This document shows, piece by piece, positions 49,963-62,085 of a stretch of DNA of 64,000 nucleotides. The stretch is from NCBI GenBank assembly GCA_032718475.1, contig JAUCBJ010007510.1, positions 1-64,000 on the forward strand. Direction: 5' to 3'. The notes beneath the pieces are model-generated. The model did no database searches, was not told the DNA's origin, and saw only the letters and a list, made by a program, of their open reading frames with translations. How positions within the stretch are numbered: the stretch's first letter is position 1; every line of letters begins with the position of its first letter. Origin of the DNA: Nemertoderma westbladi (lineage: Eukaryota; Animalia; Xenacoelomorpha). The translations under genes and the position numbers were made by a program.

Positions 49963-51271
49963 TTAAATAATTATTTTATATTTTGTGCGTGGGAAGGGCG
50001 TCTCGCCCTCATTCCCACCCCCCTCAGTCCAAAACTTTGGACGACTAAAAACTCTCACGTGCCCCTTCTTCCGGTAGGCACTCTCCTGCTGCCCTCCTAT
50101 ACGTCCTCTAACTCTTCGCCACACTCTCTTCGGTGCCACCTTTGCTCGCCTCCCCCTTCGTATGTGCGCTGGCATTAGAGCCCTCGACGACCCCCGCTCG
50201 TCCCTCGGTATACGCGGTGTCTGCCCATGTAATGCCCCCTCGCACTGTGTCAGCCCTGCGTGTGTATGCAACACGCCTCCTTCTACTTTCCCGACTCCTT
50301 TGCTCATGGACTTCTCTACCCCTGGTTTAGTCCTTTCACATCCTCTCCCTTTCCAACACTCTCCGGATCTGTGTCCTTTTACCACACATCGATGACATAG
50401 TCCGTTTGCGTCTGTGTAGGCTACACGATCTCGTTTGGGCAACGCTTGCCAGTACTTGCAACTCCTGGTCTTATGGGTTCCGTCCCGATGTAATTGACAT
50501 TGGAATCCTGGATTATAGCGTTTCCTGTATAGTCCTTCACGTATCGCGCTTAGGTTTATATGTACCGATTTAATGTTTTGGTTGTCTAGACTCGGCCTAC
50601 TGGGTGTATTGGGATTGTTTTTATTTACGGTGTTATTTTCTTTCTGTCCCTGCCACGGTGTGGCCCTGCTACCAGCTAACTGTGGACTAGCAGTCCCCTG
50701 TACGGCCGCGTGTGGTGGTGACTGTCCGCACGACCTGTTCTCGTCCAGGGAGTTCGATGTTCTTGCTCCTATCGGGGTATATTGTCGATATTGTGATGGG
50801 GGAATGTCACCCTGTCCCCCCCCCCCGGCCGGTATGTTTGGTGCTGGGGTTGATGTTAATACATTGGGGCCCATACGTCTATCTCCAATAACTCCCCCCT
50901 TCCCCTGGATATATGTTATGTCCCTGTGTATTATAGTCATGCTGCTGTACCGATATAGGCCTACCTACCTCTCGCCTACCTACCGGTATGTACTCCGCGA
51001 CTTCCGGGTCTAATCCCGTCGTTCGCGCTACCCTATCTCTCCCAGCATGGCCTATAATAGTATGTGCAGTAAGGCCTACAGTATGTCCTGCAGTCTGCAT
51101 GTGCCCTTCCGAACCGAAGTTTATTCTTCGCGAATCTCGAATCTCCCCGCGACTACCGTACTCTCGATCGGCAGCTACATCCCGCCGGGAAGCTTCTCTT
51201 CGATCCCCTATCCTGCTCTCGTCTTCGTATTTGTACGTCCTGTACCCCTCTCTTGGCGTGCGGTGCGTTTC
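49963..51271 (-). pseudogene. Element 4 ORF1 remnant with two large deletions (capsid region and protease); zinc knuckles retained
   Basis: DENRSC joins directly to GQSPPHAA, and HRSGEC joins directly to WKGRGCER, relative to elements 1, 2 and 3. Confidence 0.85.
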
Positions 51272-53647
51272 TCAGGGGCGACGGCAATCTCCCGAAGTTC
51301 GACCCCACTGACTCCCTAACTCCATCTCTACTATCGACGGTCCGTTATCCGTCATCGTACTCCTATCGTTCGTGGCGACACTTTTTCTACTATCTCCTCT
51401 TCTTCTCTTTTCAGTGCAGTATTCCGGCTCATGAGATCTCTCGTCGACCTCCAGGTTAAACTCCACTGTTCTTCTTCCCTCTTCTGATCGGGCTCGACGC
51501 TTCGTCTGCCCTCTCGCGACGTCAACCTGCCTCTCTCTACTCGATCGCACGCCGCTGGGGATACTCGCAATCCCCCTATTACTCTCCGTCGCCGGGTGTT
51601 GCGGTTTACCTGATTCGGCCCGCGCATTATCCGCTGACGGCTGTGGGACACTCTCTGCCCCCCCTCTCTCTCTACTAATCTCTCGCGGCGGGGTGCCCGT
51701 AGCCCCCCCCCACCCGCCACTTCTAACTTCACTATCTCTTACTACACTTCTACACCCCTCTTGTGGGGCATTCTCTGCCCCCCCTCTCTCGCCACTAATC
51801 TTATGTGGTGGGACGCTCGTAGCCCCCCCCCACTCGCCACATCTAACTTCACTATCTCTTACTTCGTCTCTACACCCCTCTCTAGTTGACGCACTGTCTC
51901 TACTACGGCTGGGTCTATTCACCCCCGCCTCTCTCTCTACTACTGCGTGGTCCATCAGGCCCACCTCGGGTTGGCTCAACCCCGCTACCTCCTGCCTACC
52001 AACTACGTGGCCTACCAGGCCGCCGTCGGGTTGGCTCCACCCTGCCACCTCCTGCCTACTAAGTACGTGGCCTACCAGGCCCCCGTCTGCCGGGTTATGT
52101 ACGTCCGACACGCTCATATTAATAGCACCATTCCCAATATTATTTGTTAAATCAATTAAATTGTTAGAATTTGAAACGAGATTTAAATTATTTAAATTAG
52201 AATTATTATTATTTTCAAAATTCAAATTATTATTCGAATTATTTGAATTATTCTGAATATTTGAATTAACGTTATTATTTGAATTTAAATTTAAATTACT
52301 ACTACCAGGTAAAATATTATTTGCTGCAATAAAGGGATTAGGGTTATCTACTAAGGTACTATTAATATTAACTATCTCTAACGTACTACTATTACCCCCC
52401 CCCCCCCCCCCGCCCGTACGGCTACACCAGTTCTGGTTCTCTCGCCCGGTGTCTGTAAGTGGGGGCTCACTCTCTGATATTTCCGACCGCGCCAGTTCTA
52501 GTCGGCGCTGGTTTAGTTTGGCTTGATATTGTGTAAGCCTCTCTAGCTGGGCACGCAAATCATCCTGCACGCGCTTACTCTCTATCTCTTTCTCTCGCAT
52601 ATTCTGTCCGGCCAACTCTGACCATCTCGCAGACATCTCCAACCGCCTCGTCGACTCGCTCTCTACTCCCATCTCCCGCTCTCTACACTCCTCGGCTGCC
52701 TCTCTACACTCCTCGGCTCCATCTCTATACCCCTCGGCTTTCTCTCTACATTCCCTCGCCCACTCTTCTTCTCCCTCCAACAATGCGGTTTTCTCTCTCA
52801 ATTGCCACTCTAACTCATTCTGCTCATTCGCCACCGTTTCTAATTCACACGTCAGACCTATCTCCCGCACCCTTCTTTCTTTTGCGGAGGATGTAGCAGA
52901 CTTATCGGTTGCGACGGACTCCCGTCGCCCCTCCGTCCCACCAACTTTCCCCCGCCTCCCAGAACTTCCTCCGACCGACGAGACCGAATCCTCGGGTTTA
53001 ACCTCGGATTCGCCCTCCTCAGGTCTCTTCCAACCCACTAATTTTACTCCCCGGGCATCGACTAAGTATGGCCCTACGTACACTACGCTAGGTTCCATAC
53101 CCCTACACTCCCATATTTCAATCAGTTCGTTGGCAACTCCCCTCGCCCTCTCCTCGGCTAGTTCTCTCTGCCCAAAACGCATTAGGTAATCAAAGTATCT
53201 GCTCGACTCACCTAGTCCTCTTGCCAATCTCACCTTGTCTATCTTCGTCCTTCCTCTGGCGTCTCTCAGTTGCTTCCGGGTCGCGAGGTAGGCCCGTCGA
53301 AGTCGATCAGAAACCCCGACGTCCTCGTCGCCGACCTCTCCTCCGTCTCTCCGGGCCCGACGTCGTACCGGCGGCCCCACCGTCGCCGTTCCGGTGGGTC
53401 GTCCGTCGCCCTCGGCCTGTGGCTGGCCGGCGACATCGGTACGTCGACCCTCGCTCCGCATCGACTCGTCTTTCTCCCTTCCCGTCTCGTCCTCTCGCTG
53501 TAGACGGCCCCCCTCGTCTCGGATCGCCGGATGGCCCGTTCTCGATGGGTTCGGCGTTGTGGGTGCATACCGTCTCGTCGCGGCCTCGCGGATCGTTAGA
53601 TCGCCGTCCGGGGTCCGCGGCGGTGTCGTTCCTTTCTCTCGACTCAT
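51272..53647 (-). CDS. Element 4 ORF1 N-terminal extension, 791 aa uninterrupted
   Basis: ATG at 53647 (MSREKGTTPPRTPDGDLTIREAA); reads through the poly-Gly, Asn-rich and GLVGHV repeats. Confidence 0.8.
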   Translation of the reverse strand: MSREKGTTPPRTPDGDLTIREAATRRYAPTTPNPSRTGHPAIRDEGGRLQREDETGREKDESMRSEGRRTDVAGQPQAEGDGRPTGTATVGPPVRRRARRDGGEVGDEDVGVSDRLRRAYLATRKQLRDARGRTKIDKVRLARGLGESSRYFDYLMRFGQRELAEERARGVANELIEIWECRGMEPSVVYVGPYLVDARGVKLVGWKRPEEGESEVKPEDSVSSVGGSSGRRGKVGGTEGRRESVATDKSATSSAKERRVREIGLTCELETVANEQNELEWQLREKTALLEGEEEWARECREKAEGYRDGAEECREAAEECREREMGVESESTRRLEMSARWSELAGQNMREKEIESKRVQDDLRAQLERLTQYQAKLNQRRLELARSEISESEPPLTDTGRENQNWCSRTGGGGGGGNSSTLEIVNINSTLVDNPNPFIAANNILPGSSNLNLNSNNNVNSNIQNNSNNSNNNLNFENNNNSNLNNLNLVSNSNNLIDLTNNIGNGAINMSVSDVHNPADGGLVGHVLSRQEVAGWSQPDGGLVGHVVGRQEVAGLSQPEVGLMDHAVVEREAGVNRPSRSRDSASTREGCRDEVRDSEVRCGEWGGATSVPPHKISGERGGAENAPQEGCRSVVRDSEVRSGGWGGATGTPPREISRERGGAESVPQPSADNARAESGKPQHPATESNRGIASIPSGVRSSRERQVDVARGQTKRRARSEEGRRTVEFNLEVDERSHEPEYCTEKRRRGDSRKSVATNDRSTMTDNGPSIVEMELGSQWGRTSGDCRRP

Positions 53648-53711
53648 CTTCGTCTTTGGTGGCTGGCAGCCACAGTCTGTCAGGGCAGCTGGGCGGATCT
53701 GATTCTGTCAC

Positions 53712-54254
53712 TGTGACGGGATCTACGGATCCCGGTTTATCCGTTGGGTTTTCTATCCACGCGTCCCCGCCGTGTGTGAAAGGTAAAAGAGTTCTGATGT
53801 TCGGTAATATGTATAAAGGTATAATATAGTCTGATAGTTGATATAGTATAGTACGACACTTTACCGGTAGATAAGTATGATGGCGGTAGCGGACGGTGAC
53901 AGAAGTCCCCGTTCCACCCTACTGATCTGACTGAGTAAACTAAACTGAATAGGGAAGCACCAACAGGTAATATATGTACTGCACAGTTGGCCATATTACT
54001 GTACCTAGTCGATGCTGTCCCCCCATTGGCTAATATCCCACTTCTCGCCCTTTCACCTTCCCTGGTGTGTTTCCCGTTGCCCCTGTTGTTCTCTCTCTGT
54101 TAGGGGTTTGGCCCCTGACCCCTATTGTGTGTGTCTCTCCTTCCCACTCTATTGGGGTGACACGAGGTTGATATTGGTAATCAACCTCGTGCTCCCAATA
54201 TTGCTTTACGGCTCACTCTATGGGTTTGTGTTAGCGGAATTGGATAAGCTAACA
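53712..54254 (-). repeat. Element 4 5' LTR
   Basis: Direct repeat of 47785-48327, followed by TSD GATGA. Confidence 0.96.
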
Positions 54255-54679
54255 GATGAGATCAGGATGGTCTGCACAGTTCGACAATGGCCTATTCCTT
54301 ACTTAATTCTGAGTTATAGCCTAAATTTTACTATTTAATTCCTAAAACTATCAAATTGTACTCTAAATTACAATTTTGTCCGTTACTTTAATTATGTTCC
54401 AGAATTTTCTTATTACTGTTACCATAATTTGTTTAATTTCTAATTTCTTATTTGTTTTAATTTAATTCAATCCTACTGCGCTACTACCTACTTATTATTG
54501 CCAATGGATTACTCTATTTTGTAATCCACATTCTGGCCTACTCTATGGGTTTGTGCAGTACAACAGTATACGTCGCGTGGCCTACACGATTTATCCAGCT
54601 GTACTCACGTGCCCCCCTCTCGCTACTAACTATTAAATAACGTTTATATTATATCCCTTCAACCACTATCTCTTACTAG

Positions 54680-55280
54680 CCGGTACTACGTACCCTCTTA
54701 CTAACCTCTAACACTAACTCCTACTAACCGGTACTATGTCCCCTCTTACTAACCTCTAACACTAACTCCTACTAACCGGTACTACATACCCTCTTACTAA
54801 CCTCTAACTCTCTCTAACTAATCGGTACTACGTACCCTCTTACTAACCTCTAACACTAACACTTACTAATCGGTACTACGTACCCTCTTACTAACCTCTA
54901 ACACTAACTCTTACTAATCGGTACTACGTACCCTCTTACTACTCTAACTCTCTCTAACTAATCGGTACTATGTACCCTCTCACTAACCTCTAACACTAAC
55001 TCTTACTAACCGGTACTACGTACCCTCTTACTACTCTAACTCTCCTAACTAACGGTACTACGTACCCTCTTACTACTCTAACTCTCCTAACTAACGGTAC
55101 TACGTACACTCTTACTACTCTAACTCTCCTAACTAGTGGTACTACATACCCTCTTACTACTCTAACTCTCCTAACTAACGGTACTACATACCCTCTTACT
55201 ACTCTAACTCTCCTAACTAACGGTACTACGTACCCTCTTACTACTCTAATTCTCTTACTAACGGTACTACGTACCTTCTA
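54680..55280. repeat. Element 5 spacer array of GGTACTACGTACC hairpins, ~39-46 bp units
   Basis: Directly visible. Confidence 0.9.
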
Positions 55281-55504
55281 ACTACTAACTCTTACTATCT
55301 AACTTCTATCTGCCTACTTACTGTGTACCTAGTATGTACTATTATTTATTTTATTTTTATTTATTTTATGTGTGGGAAGGGCGTCTCGCCCTCAATCCCA
55401 CCCCCCTCAGTCCAAAACTTGGACGACTAAACTCTACTAAACTTCACTTTAATTCAACTTAAGGTGCTCCCTCTAGAAGACAGGTAACACCTCTACCCGC
55501 ACTT

Positions 55505-58129
55505 TTACGGATCTAACTCTTTCATCTCAGTCCAACTTATTGGACAACTCAGCGACCTAAGGGGTGATTCATCCAGCAGGCAACTCTCCCACTGCCCCCC
55601 TATAGGTCCTCTAATTCTTCGCTCCGCTCTCCTTGTCAATTCGGTTGGCCTTTTCTCCTGTCTTTGAATTTGGAAGTGCTGTCTGCTCTTTATGTTTCTG
55701 AATTTCTCGTGGTCGTCCCTTGGCGGCAAAGTGCCACCCTTCAACTCGTTTCTCGGCGTTATAATGCCGCCCCTGGTGTCATCCTTATTCTTACATGCCA
55801 CCTCTGCTGGCCTCCCCCTTAATATGTGTGCTGGCATTAAAGGCCTCGATGACCCCCGTTCGTCCTTCGGTATACACGATCTCTGCCCATGTAATGCCCC
55901 CTCGCACTCTGTCAGTCCCGCGTGCGTATGCAACACGCCTCATTCTACTTTCCCGGCTCCTCTGTTGTGTTTACTCATGGGCTTCTCTGCCCCTGGTCTA
56001 ATCCTCTCACATCCTCTCCCTTTCCATCTTGTCTTCTTACTCGGCTTCCCCCTTGTCGGTATGCCTCTCAACCGGACCGGCGTCCCTTCCGGACACTCCT
56101 CTGAACACTCCTCCGGACTATTGTCCACCTGCCACTCCACCGGACACTTCTCCGGTTTGTCCTCCGGACATCTTGCCGTCCGCTCCTCTCCATCTCCATA
56201 CCGATACTTGCTGGGATCCTTGTTCCAAACCATTGTCTCTAAATCTTCTGCATCCAAGCTATTCTCCTTCGCCCACTCTCTTGGTGTTGCTTCTACTTCT
56301 AGCTGTCTCCCCCTATCGCCCGTCTCTTGCTTCTCCTCTACCTCTTCAACAGTCCCTGGCACCATGCACCATGAAGTCTCGGTTACACTAAATGGTATAT
56401 TGGTTCTGATTGGGCCAGTCAGCATCCACCCGAATGGTGTTAAAATCGCCACCGGGTCACACTGCCTGTCTTCGCCGAAGACCGTTTGCATTCTCTCGTG
56501 GGCCATCGGGCAGTCCATTCCTACTATGATGGATACTTTCCTAACGTCCACCTCTGGGATTGAGAAGTCGATACTGTCCAGGAATTTATATTGCTCGACC
56601 TTGATGTTGGTTGGTCGCCTGGCGTTGATGTTTATCGACTCTATCACCTGGATGGGGTCGATGTTCGCCCCATAGTCGCATCCCGGTGCTATTGCTGCTA
56701 TTGCGCACCGTCCGGTCCTCATCTCCAGGATCTCATCTTTGCTGGAGATTGTTGTTACTGCCATTCTACTTGGCCTCGTTCTCAATCCTATCTCCTCGGC
56801 CACCCAATTCTCGACTAGTGTGAAGGCAGCTCCACTGTCGACCAGCATCAGTGTGGTCACTGATCGATTGCCTTCCCCAATCACTCGCACTGGTACTACC
56901 CCAAGTAGTACCGTTCCTCTCTTCTTCGCCGCTACTGTGCTCGTTGCCATCGTTTGGCCTTTACTTTGACCGAACTTAATCGGCATCTCCTTGCATTGTC
57001 TAGCTCTATGTCCACTCATCACACATCGTGAGCAGATCTCATTTCTTGCCGCGTATTCTACCTGATCTTCCCTGGGTAGCGCTTGCCAGTACCTGCAATT
57101 CATGGTCTGATGAAGCGCATTTGTATGTAGCTGGCATTTGCGCTTTGGGTCGTAGCCGTCCTTATACAGCGTATTGCGTATCGCAGTTGCATTTGTACCA
57201 AAGTCCCTACTATTCTTATTGTTTGGGCTCGGCCTACTGGGCATACTGGGGTTATGTTTATTTGTGTTGTTATTTTTCCCCTGTCCGCTCCATGATGTGG
57301 TCTTACCCCCGGCTACCTATGGACTAGCAGTCCCCTGCGTCGCTGCGTATGGCAGTGATTGCCTGAGCTTTGGTAATGCGTTTGACACGTTGTGTTCTGG
57401 TTTCGGTCTGTGGTAATCTGTTCTTGGTCCCTTTCCCAGGCTGTCCTCACTATAGACTGGGTCTGTTATTAATTCAGCTTCGTAGTTCAAGAAGCTCGAC
57501 ATCTCTTCTAAACCCGGTTCCGCACCCTTCCTATCTCGAGTGGAGAAAGCGATTTTCCTCCACTTGTTGGGCAACCATATCGGTAGTGCCTGCGCTATCG
57601 TGGTGATGTTGTTGGACGCATTGAGTTCGTAAGGCGCGTCTAGCGTCTTTAGCACGATTAGCGCCTTCTCGACTTTGTTCGCGAACGTCTTAATGCTAAC
57701 GGGATTATCCTGTAGGCCACCCGATGTTATGCCTTTCAGGGTTTGCTGGATGATCTTGGCCGGGTGCCCGTATTCCCTGTCCAGTGCCCGCCATGCCGTC
57801 GTGAAGCCGCCCTCGATGCCCTGGTATTGCCTCACGATGTCATATGCTGGGCCTCCTGTATATACTTGCAGATACTTTAGGCACTCCGCCTGCGTCAAGC
57901 TCTTTGTTAGTATTTCGTTACTATACATGCGCCGAAACTGTAGATATTCTTCCGGCCTACTCCCATTGAGTTTGAACGGTTCCACGGGTGGTAATTCGAT
58001 CCTAGTTTTTAGCGCATCGATTAACGTGGCCATCCCCATCGCTTGCGCTTCCAATGGGTTCGATGGATATTGTATAGTTTCTCCTGTTGGGTGCGGTCCG
58101 TCCGTCCTATTTCCTGGCTTCCTTTGGCT
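55505..58129 (-). pseudogene. gag: Element 5 gag-protease (in-frame stops), 5' part cut off by the LINE
   Basis: ORF pieces 57317-58147, 55940-57244 and 55505-55936 are in one frame, separated by stops; same motifs as element 2. Confidence 0.88.
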
Positions 58130-58258
58130 CATCATTATGATACGCAATCATTTATTCTAGAGTAAGCTGTAGGCCTGCCGACAATAAGACCAAGAAAGAT
58201 ACCGGTACTAGGCCTATACAGTTTTTATCCCTGAGTCAGACTACAGCCAGACAGCACA

Positions 58259-61200
58259 ATGTCCCCGCTCTTAATCTCCACAGTTTTCATCGTTCTGGGT
58301 CGTTTCGTTGTGGCAGAACCATCCGATCCGCGGGGTAACCCTGCAACCCACCCAATACCCGTATTGGACTGGTTTGCGGAACACCCTGTCGCTACCGTTT
58401 CGAACTGCCGCGCCGAATCGACGGAGATGTGGTCGACGAGTGGATTTAGCCTCTACTGCCTTCGTCGGGGAAGAAGATCTTGGGTCTCCTCTCCACGATC
58501 TAGAGGCCTAATCGCTAAACTCTGTCTACTGTCTCTGGCTGGGGATATTGAGACCAACCCAGGACCCAGCAGGACGCGGGCCCCGAAGATCAACTGTCCC
58601 GTCTGTCAACGAGGAACAAACTCTCGGAGTAAGATCGTCCAATGCGAGAGTTGTGACACATTTGTACATTTAAAATGTTACCGTAGGAAACGCAGTAATT
58701 TATTCTCCACCAGAAACAATCTTGAACCAAGTTTTCTCTGCAATAGCTGTATTTTTACCGAACTTCCCTTTCATGATACAATTTTAGAATCAGAAACCGA
58801 CGATTCATTTCTCACATCGCCTCTGCAAACTCCAAGTGATGCTGAGAGTGAAACTTTTAATTTTTTTAAGAAAAAAGGTCTGCATTTTTTGCACTTAAAC
58901 GCACGATCTCTGCTTCCAAAACTTTCCGAAATTCGTATTTTAATCAATAAATCCAACCCAGCAGTTTTAACAATCTCTGAAACTTGGCTCGATGATAGTG
59001 TTTCTGATGGAGAAATTTATATTGATAATTACGTAGTTTTACGTAAGGATAGGGACAGACACGGTGGTGGTGTCTGTACTTACATTCGATGTGATTTAGC
59101 TTTTAATCGTAGGGAAGATTTAGAGACTTGTGACGAAGTTTTACTGGTGGAACTTTTACTTCCTAAAACTAAACCTATTTTAATCGGTACTTTATATCGG
59201 CCCCCTAAACAATCAGATTTTTTGCAAAATTTTGAAAATACAATTTTATGTAATCTTAGGTCAGACTGTGAAATATATTTCTTAGGTGATTTTAATATCT
59301 GTTACCATCACAAAGCATCCCCCATCTGTAAACAGTACCAAAGTATTTTAAATTTGTTTGGTTTAAAACAAATTATTCGAGATTCTACCAGAATTACCAG
59401 TAAAACTTATACTTTACTAGATCACATCCTTTGTAATAATACCGATATTATTTCTCAATCTGGGGTTTTACCTATAGGTCTAAGCGATCATTTTATAGTT
59501 TTTTGCACAAGAAAGACACAAAAATCTTTTTTCGGGGATCATAAAACAGTAACAGTTAGGTCTATGAAAAATTACAGCAAGGAACGCTTTTTAAGTTTGT
59601 TAGTTAATTCTGACTGGGAACCCTGTTTTAAGGCCGCTGACATTAACCTTGCGTACACTGTTTTTAAAGATATATTTTTAAAGGCACTTAATACTGTAGC
59701 ACCAATTAAAGAAATTAGACTTAAACAACGCACTGAGCCCTGGATGACCTCGGGTATTCTTAGTAATATCAGAGAAAGAGATAACTATTTGTATAAATTT
59801 AGGAAATACCGTGTTTTAGCTGATTATAATAATTACTGCAAATATAGAAACCTTGTCCAACGGGAAATAAAAAAAGCTAAATCTGAATATTTGTACAACA
59901 AAATAAGTGAGAATAAAGATAATCCTAAAAGTCTATGGTCTACCCTAAAATCTTTAGGTTATAAAAACCTAAAATCTAAATCGAATATTGTTCTGCAAGA
60001 TAACGGTGAGCTGATTCATGATCATACTCTAGTTAGTAATTTATTTAATAATTATTTTACTAATGTTGCCTCTAATTTAGTTAAGAAATTACCGTTATCA
60101 AGTAATAAATATAGTATAGGGTCCGAAACTCTAAATAATTTTTATTTAGAAAAGTTACAAAATTCAGAAAAGTTATTTTTAAAACCCGTTTCTGAGGATT
60201 TCGTTTTTAAAAATCTACTTAGCCTATCAGCCTCAAAAAGTACCGGTCTAGATCTAATACCTGCCCGTTTTCTTAAGGATGGTGCTGAAGTACTTAAAGT
60301 GCCTATTACTTTTATTATTAATTACTCTATCGTAGATAATGTAGTACCAGACGAACTGAAATTAGCTAAGGTTGTTCCTCTGTATAAAAAGAATAGTAAA
60401 GTAGAACCCTGTAATTACAGACATGTTAGTATCTTAAGTATTGTATCTAAAATTCTAGAACGTTCTGTTTTTCTACAGCTGGAGGCACATCTTAGTAGGC
60501 TAAATCTGATCTATGAACTTCAGTCCGGTTTTCGTAAATCATATTCTACAGACACCTGCCTTATTAACTTAACTGATACAATTAGATGTAATAACGCAAA
60601 GGGTTTATATACTGGTATGGTAATGTTGGACCTACAAAAGGCTTTCGATACTGTAGATCACGAAATTCTGCTTGGTAAGTTAGGCCTGATGGGTGTAGGT
60701 TCTATAGACTGGTTCAAGTCCTACCTGTCAGACAGAGGTCAAACTGTAGTCATTAGCAAATCGCTGTCTACTGTACAAGAGATTACCTGTGGTGTACCGC
60801 AAGGTAGTATATTAGGTCCTCTGCTTTTTGTATGCTATGTAAATGATATGATAAGTAGTATAGATCCCGATTTTAAACTCATTTTATATGCCGACGACAG
60901 TGCTCTTATTTTCTCTCATAAAGATCCTATCCATATTTCCCAAAAGTTAAGTGCAGTTCTAGAATCCTGTAATGAGTGGTTGGTTGATAATAAGCTATCC
61001 ATTCACTACGGTAAAACTGAAAGTATTTTGTTTGGTTCCAAAAGAAAGTTAAAGAAGGTAACTAAGTTTGAAGTCACTAGTAATGGACATAAGATTGAAA
61101 ATAAAAAGGAAGTTAAATATTTAGGCGCCACATTGGATAACTGCTTATCAGGAGAAAGTACAGTGAAAAATATTTTCTCGAAAGTTAACAGTAGGCTTAG

Positions 61201-61756
61201 GTTTCTATACAGAAATAAAAATAGTTTGAACACCGACTCCCGCAAGTTACTTTGCTCTTCTTTAATACAGTGTCACATGGACTATGCGTGCTCTTCTTGG
61301 TATGAAGGCTTAACCAAACAGCTTAAATGTAAATTACAAGTAGCTCAGAATAAAGTAGTACGATTTATTAAAGACTACAAACCTAGGCATCACCTAACTC
61401 CAGATGACTTTTCTGAATCTGGACTACTTAACTTAGATAGTAGAGTTAAGCAGCTACGCCTTAACCATGTGCATAAAGTGTATAATGGTAAATGTCCCAA
61501 TTACCTAAAACAAAGATTCAACAGAGTACGCGATACACACTCTTACAGTACCAGAGCTAGTGCTTCAAACTTCTACCTCCCGAATTGTAAATCCTTTGAA
61601 TCTGATACCTTCTTTTTTAACGGCATAAAAAATTGGAACGCTCTGCCTAATGAAATTAAAAACCTAAATAATCAACATTCTTTTAAATCTGCAATTAAAT
61701 CTCACCTCCGTGTGCAATGTAAAAATAGGTACAATAGTCCTACAGTAAGTTATTAG
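58259..61756 (+). CDS. LINE polyprotein: 2A-like peptide, PHD finger, AP endonuclease, reverse transcriptase (1165 aa)
   Basis: [14 protein letters not shown]; CPVC..CESC..HLKC..CNSC; APE HLNARSL, ISETWL, YRPP, GDFN, LDH and SDH; [25 protein letters not shown] and YADD. Confidence 0.95.
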   Translation: MSPLLISTVFIVLGRFVVAEPSDPRGNPATHPIPVLDWFAEHPVATVSNCRAESTEMWSTSGFSLYCLRRGRRSWVSSPRSRGLIAKLCLLSLAGDIETNPGPSRTRAPKINCPVCQRGTNSRSKIVQCESCDTFVHLKCYRRKRSNLFSTRNNLEPSFLCNSCIFTELPFHDTILESETDDSFLTSPLQTPSDAESETFNFFKKKGLHFLHLNARSLLPKLSEIRILINKSNPAVLTISETWLDDSVSDGEIYIDNYVVLRKDRDRHGGGVCTYIRCDLAFNRREDLETCDEVLLVELLLPKTKPILIGTLYRPPKQSDFLQNFENTILCNLRSDCEIYFLGDFNICYHHKASPICKQYQSILNLFGLKQIIRDSTRITSKTYTLLDHILCNNTDIISQSGVLPIGLSDHFIVFCTRKTQKSFFGDHKTVTVRSMKNYSKERFLSLLVNSDWEPCFKAADINLAYTVFKDIFLKALNTVAPIKEIRLKQRTEPWMTSGILSNIRERDNYLYKFRKYRVLADYNNYCKYRNLVQREIKKAKSEYLYNKISENKDNPKSLWSTLKSLGYKNLKSKSNIVLQDNGELIHDHTLVSNLFNNYFTNVASNLVKKLPLSSNKYSIGSETLNNFYLEKLQNSEKLFLKPVSEDFVFKNLLSLSASKSTGLDLIPARFLKDGAEVLKVPITFIINYSIVDNVVPDELKLAKVVPLYKKNSKVEPCNYRHVSILSIVSKILERSVFLQLEAHLSRLNLIYELQSGFRKSYSTDTCLINLTDTIRCNNAKGLYTGMVMLDLQKAFDTVDHEILLGKLGLMGVGSIDWFKSYLSDRGQTVVISKSLSTVQEITCGVPQGSILGPLLFVCYVNDMISSIDPDFKLILYADDSALIFSHKDPIHISQKLSAVLESCNEWLVDNKLSIHYGKTESILFGSKRKLKKVTKFEVTSNGHKIENKKEVKYLGATLDNCLSGESTVKNIFSKVNSRLRFLYRNKNSLNTDSRKLLCSSLIQCHMDYACSSWYEGLTKQLKCKLQVAQNKVVRFIKDYKPRHHLTPDDFSESGLLNLDSRVKQLRLNHVHKVYNGKCPNYLKQRFNRVRDTHSYSTRASASNFYLPNCKSFESDTFFFNGIKNWNALPNEIKNLNNQHSFKSAIKSHLRVQCKNRYNSPTVSY
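58541..58567 (+). other. 2A-like ribosome stop-go motif GDIETNPG/P
   Basis: Exact match to the D(V/I)ExNPGP consensus, preceded by LLSLAG, in frame with the ORF. Confidence 0.85.
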
Positions 61757-62085
61757 TTTATTAATTATTTACTATTTATACTGTAATTACGTTTTATAAT
61801 AAATTGTTCTGTACATTACATCTTTATCGTTGAGTCGGGCATTGTCACGCTCTCGGTAAAGTTGTACATGTACATAGTGTAATTACGTTTTATATTGGTT
61901 TTAGGTTAGCGTAGTGTAATATTGTATTTGTAACCAAGTAACATAAAGGACCCCCTTGGAAATAAGCTGCAAAGCTTTAGGGGTAATCCTATATGTTATG
62001 TTGGACAATACCTTTATACCGGTACATTGTTTGGTGTATTTGTTATTGTTTTTTACATAATGTATAAATAAATCTATCTATCTAT

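Larger units (their letters stand above)
47785..54254 (-). mobile_element. Element 4: complete but internally deleted non-autonomous LTR element (Gag core and protease removed; no ORF2)
   Basis: 543-bp LTRs at 47785-48327 and 53712-54254, with one difference seen (caccaaT/Cagg). TSD GATGA at 47780-47784 and 54255-54259. PPT at 48328-48336. Confidence 0.96.
45293..58129 (-). mobile_element. Element 5: minus-strand internal fragment of the same family (gag-PR 58129-55505, spacer, ORF2 47716-45293), split by the RTE insertion and element 4
   Basis: Collinear with element 3 once the insertions are removed. 55721-58129 is a near-identical inverted copy of 42823-45243. No LTR of its own is present in the window. 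Confidence 0.85.
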
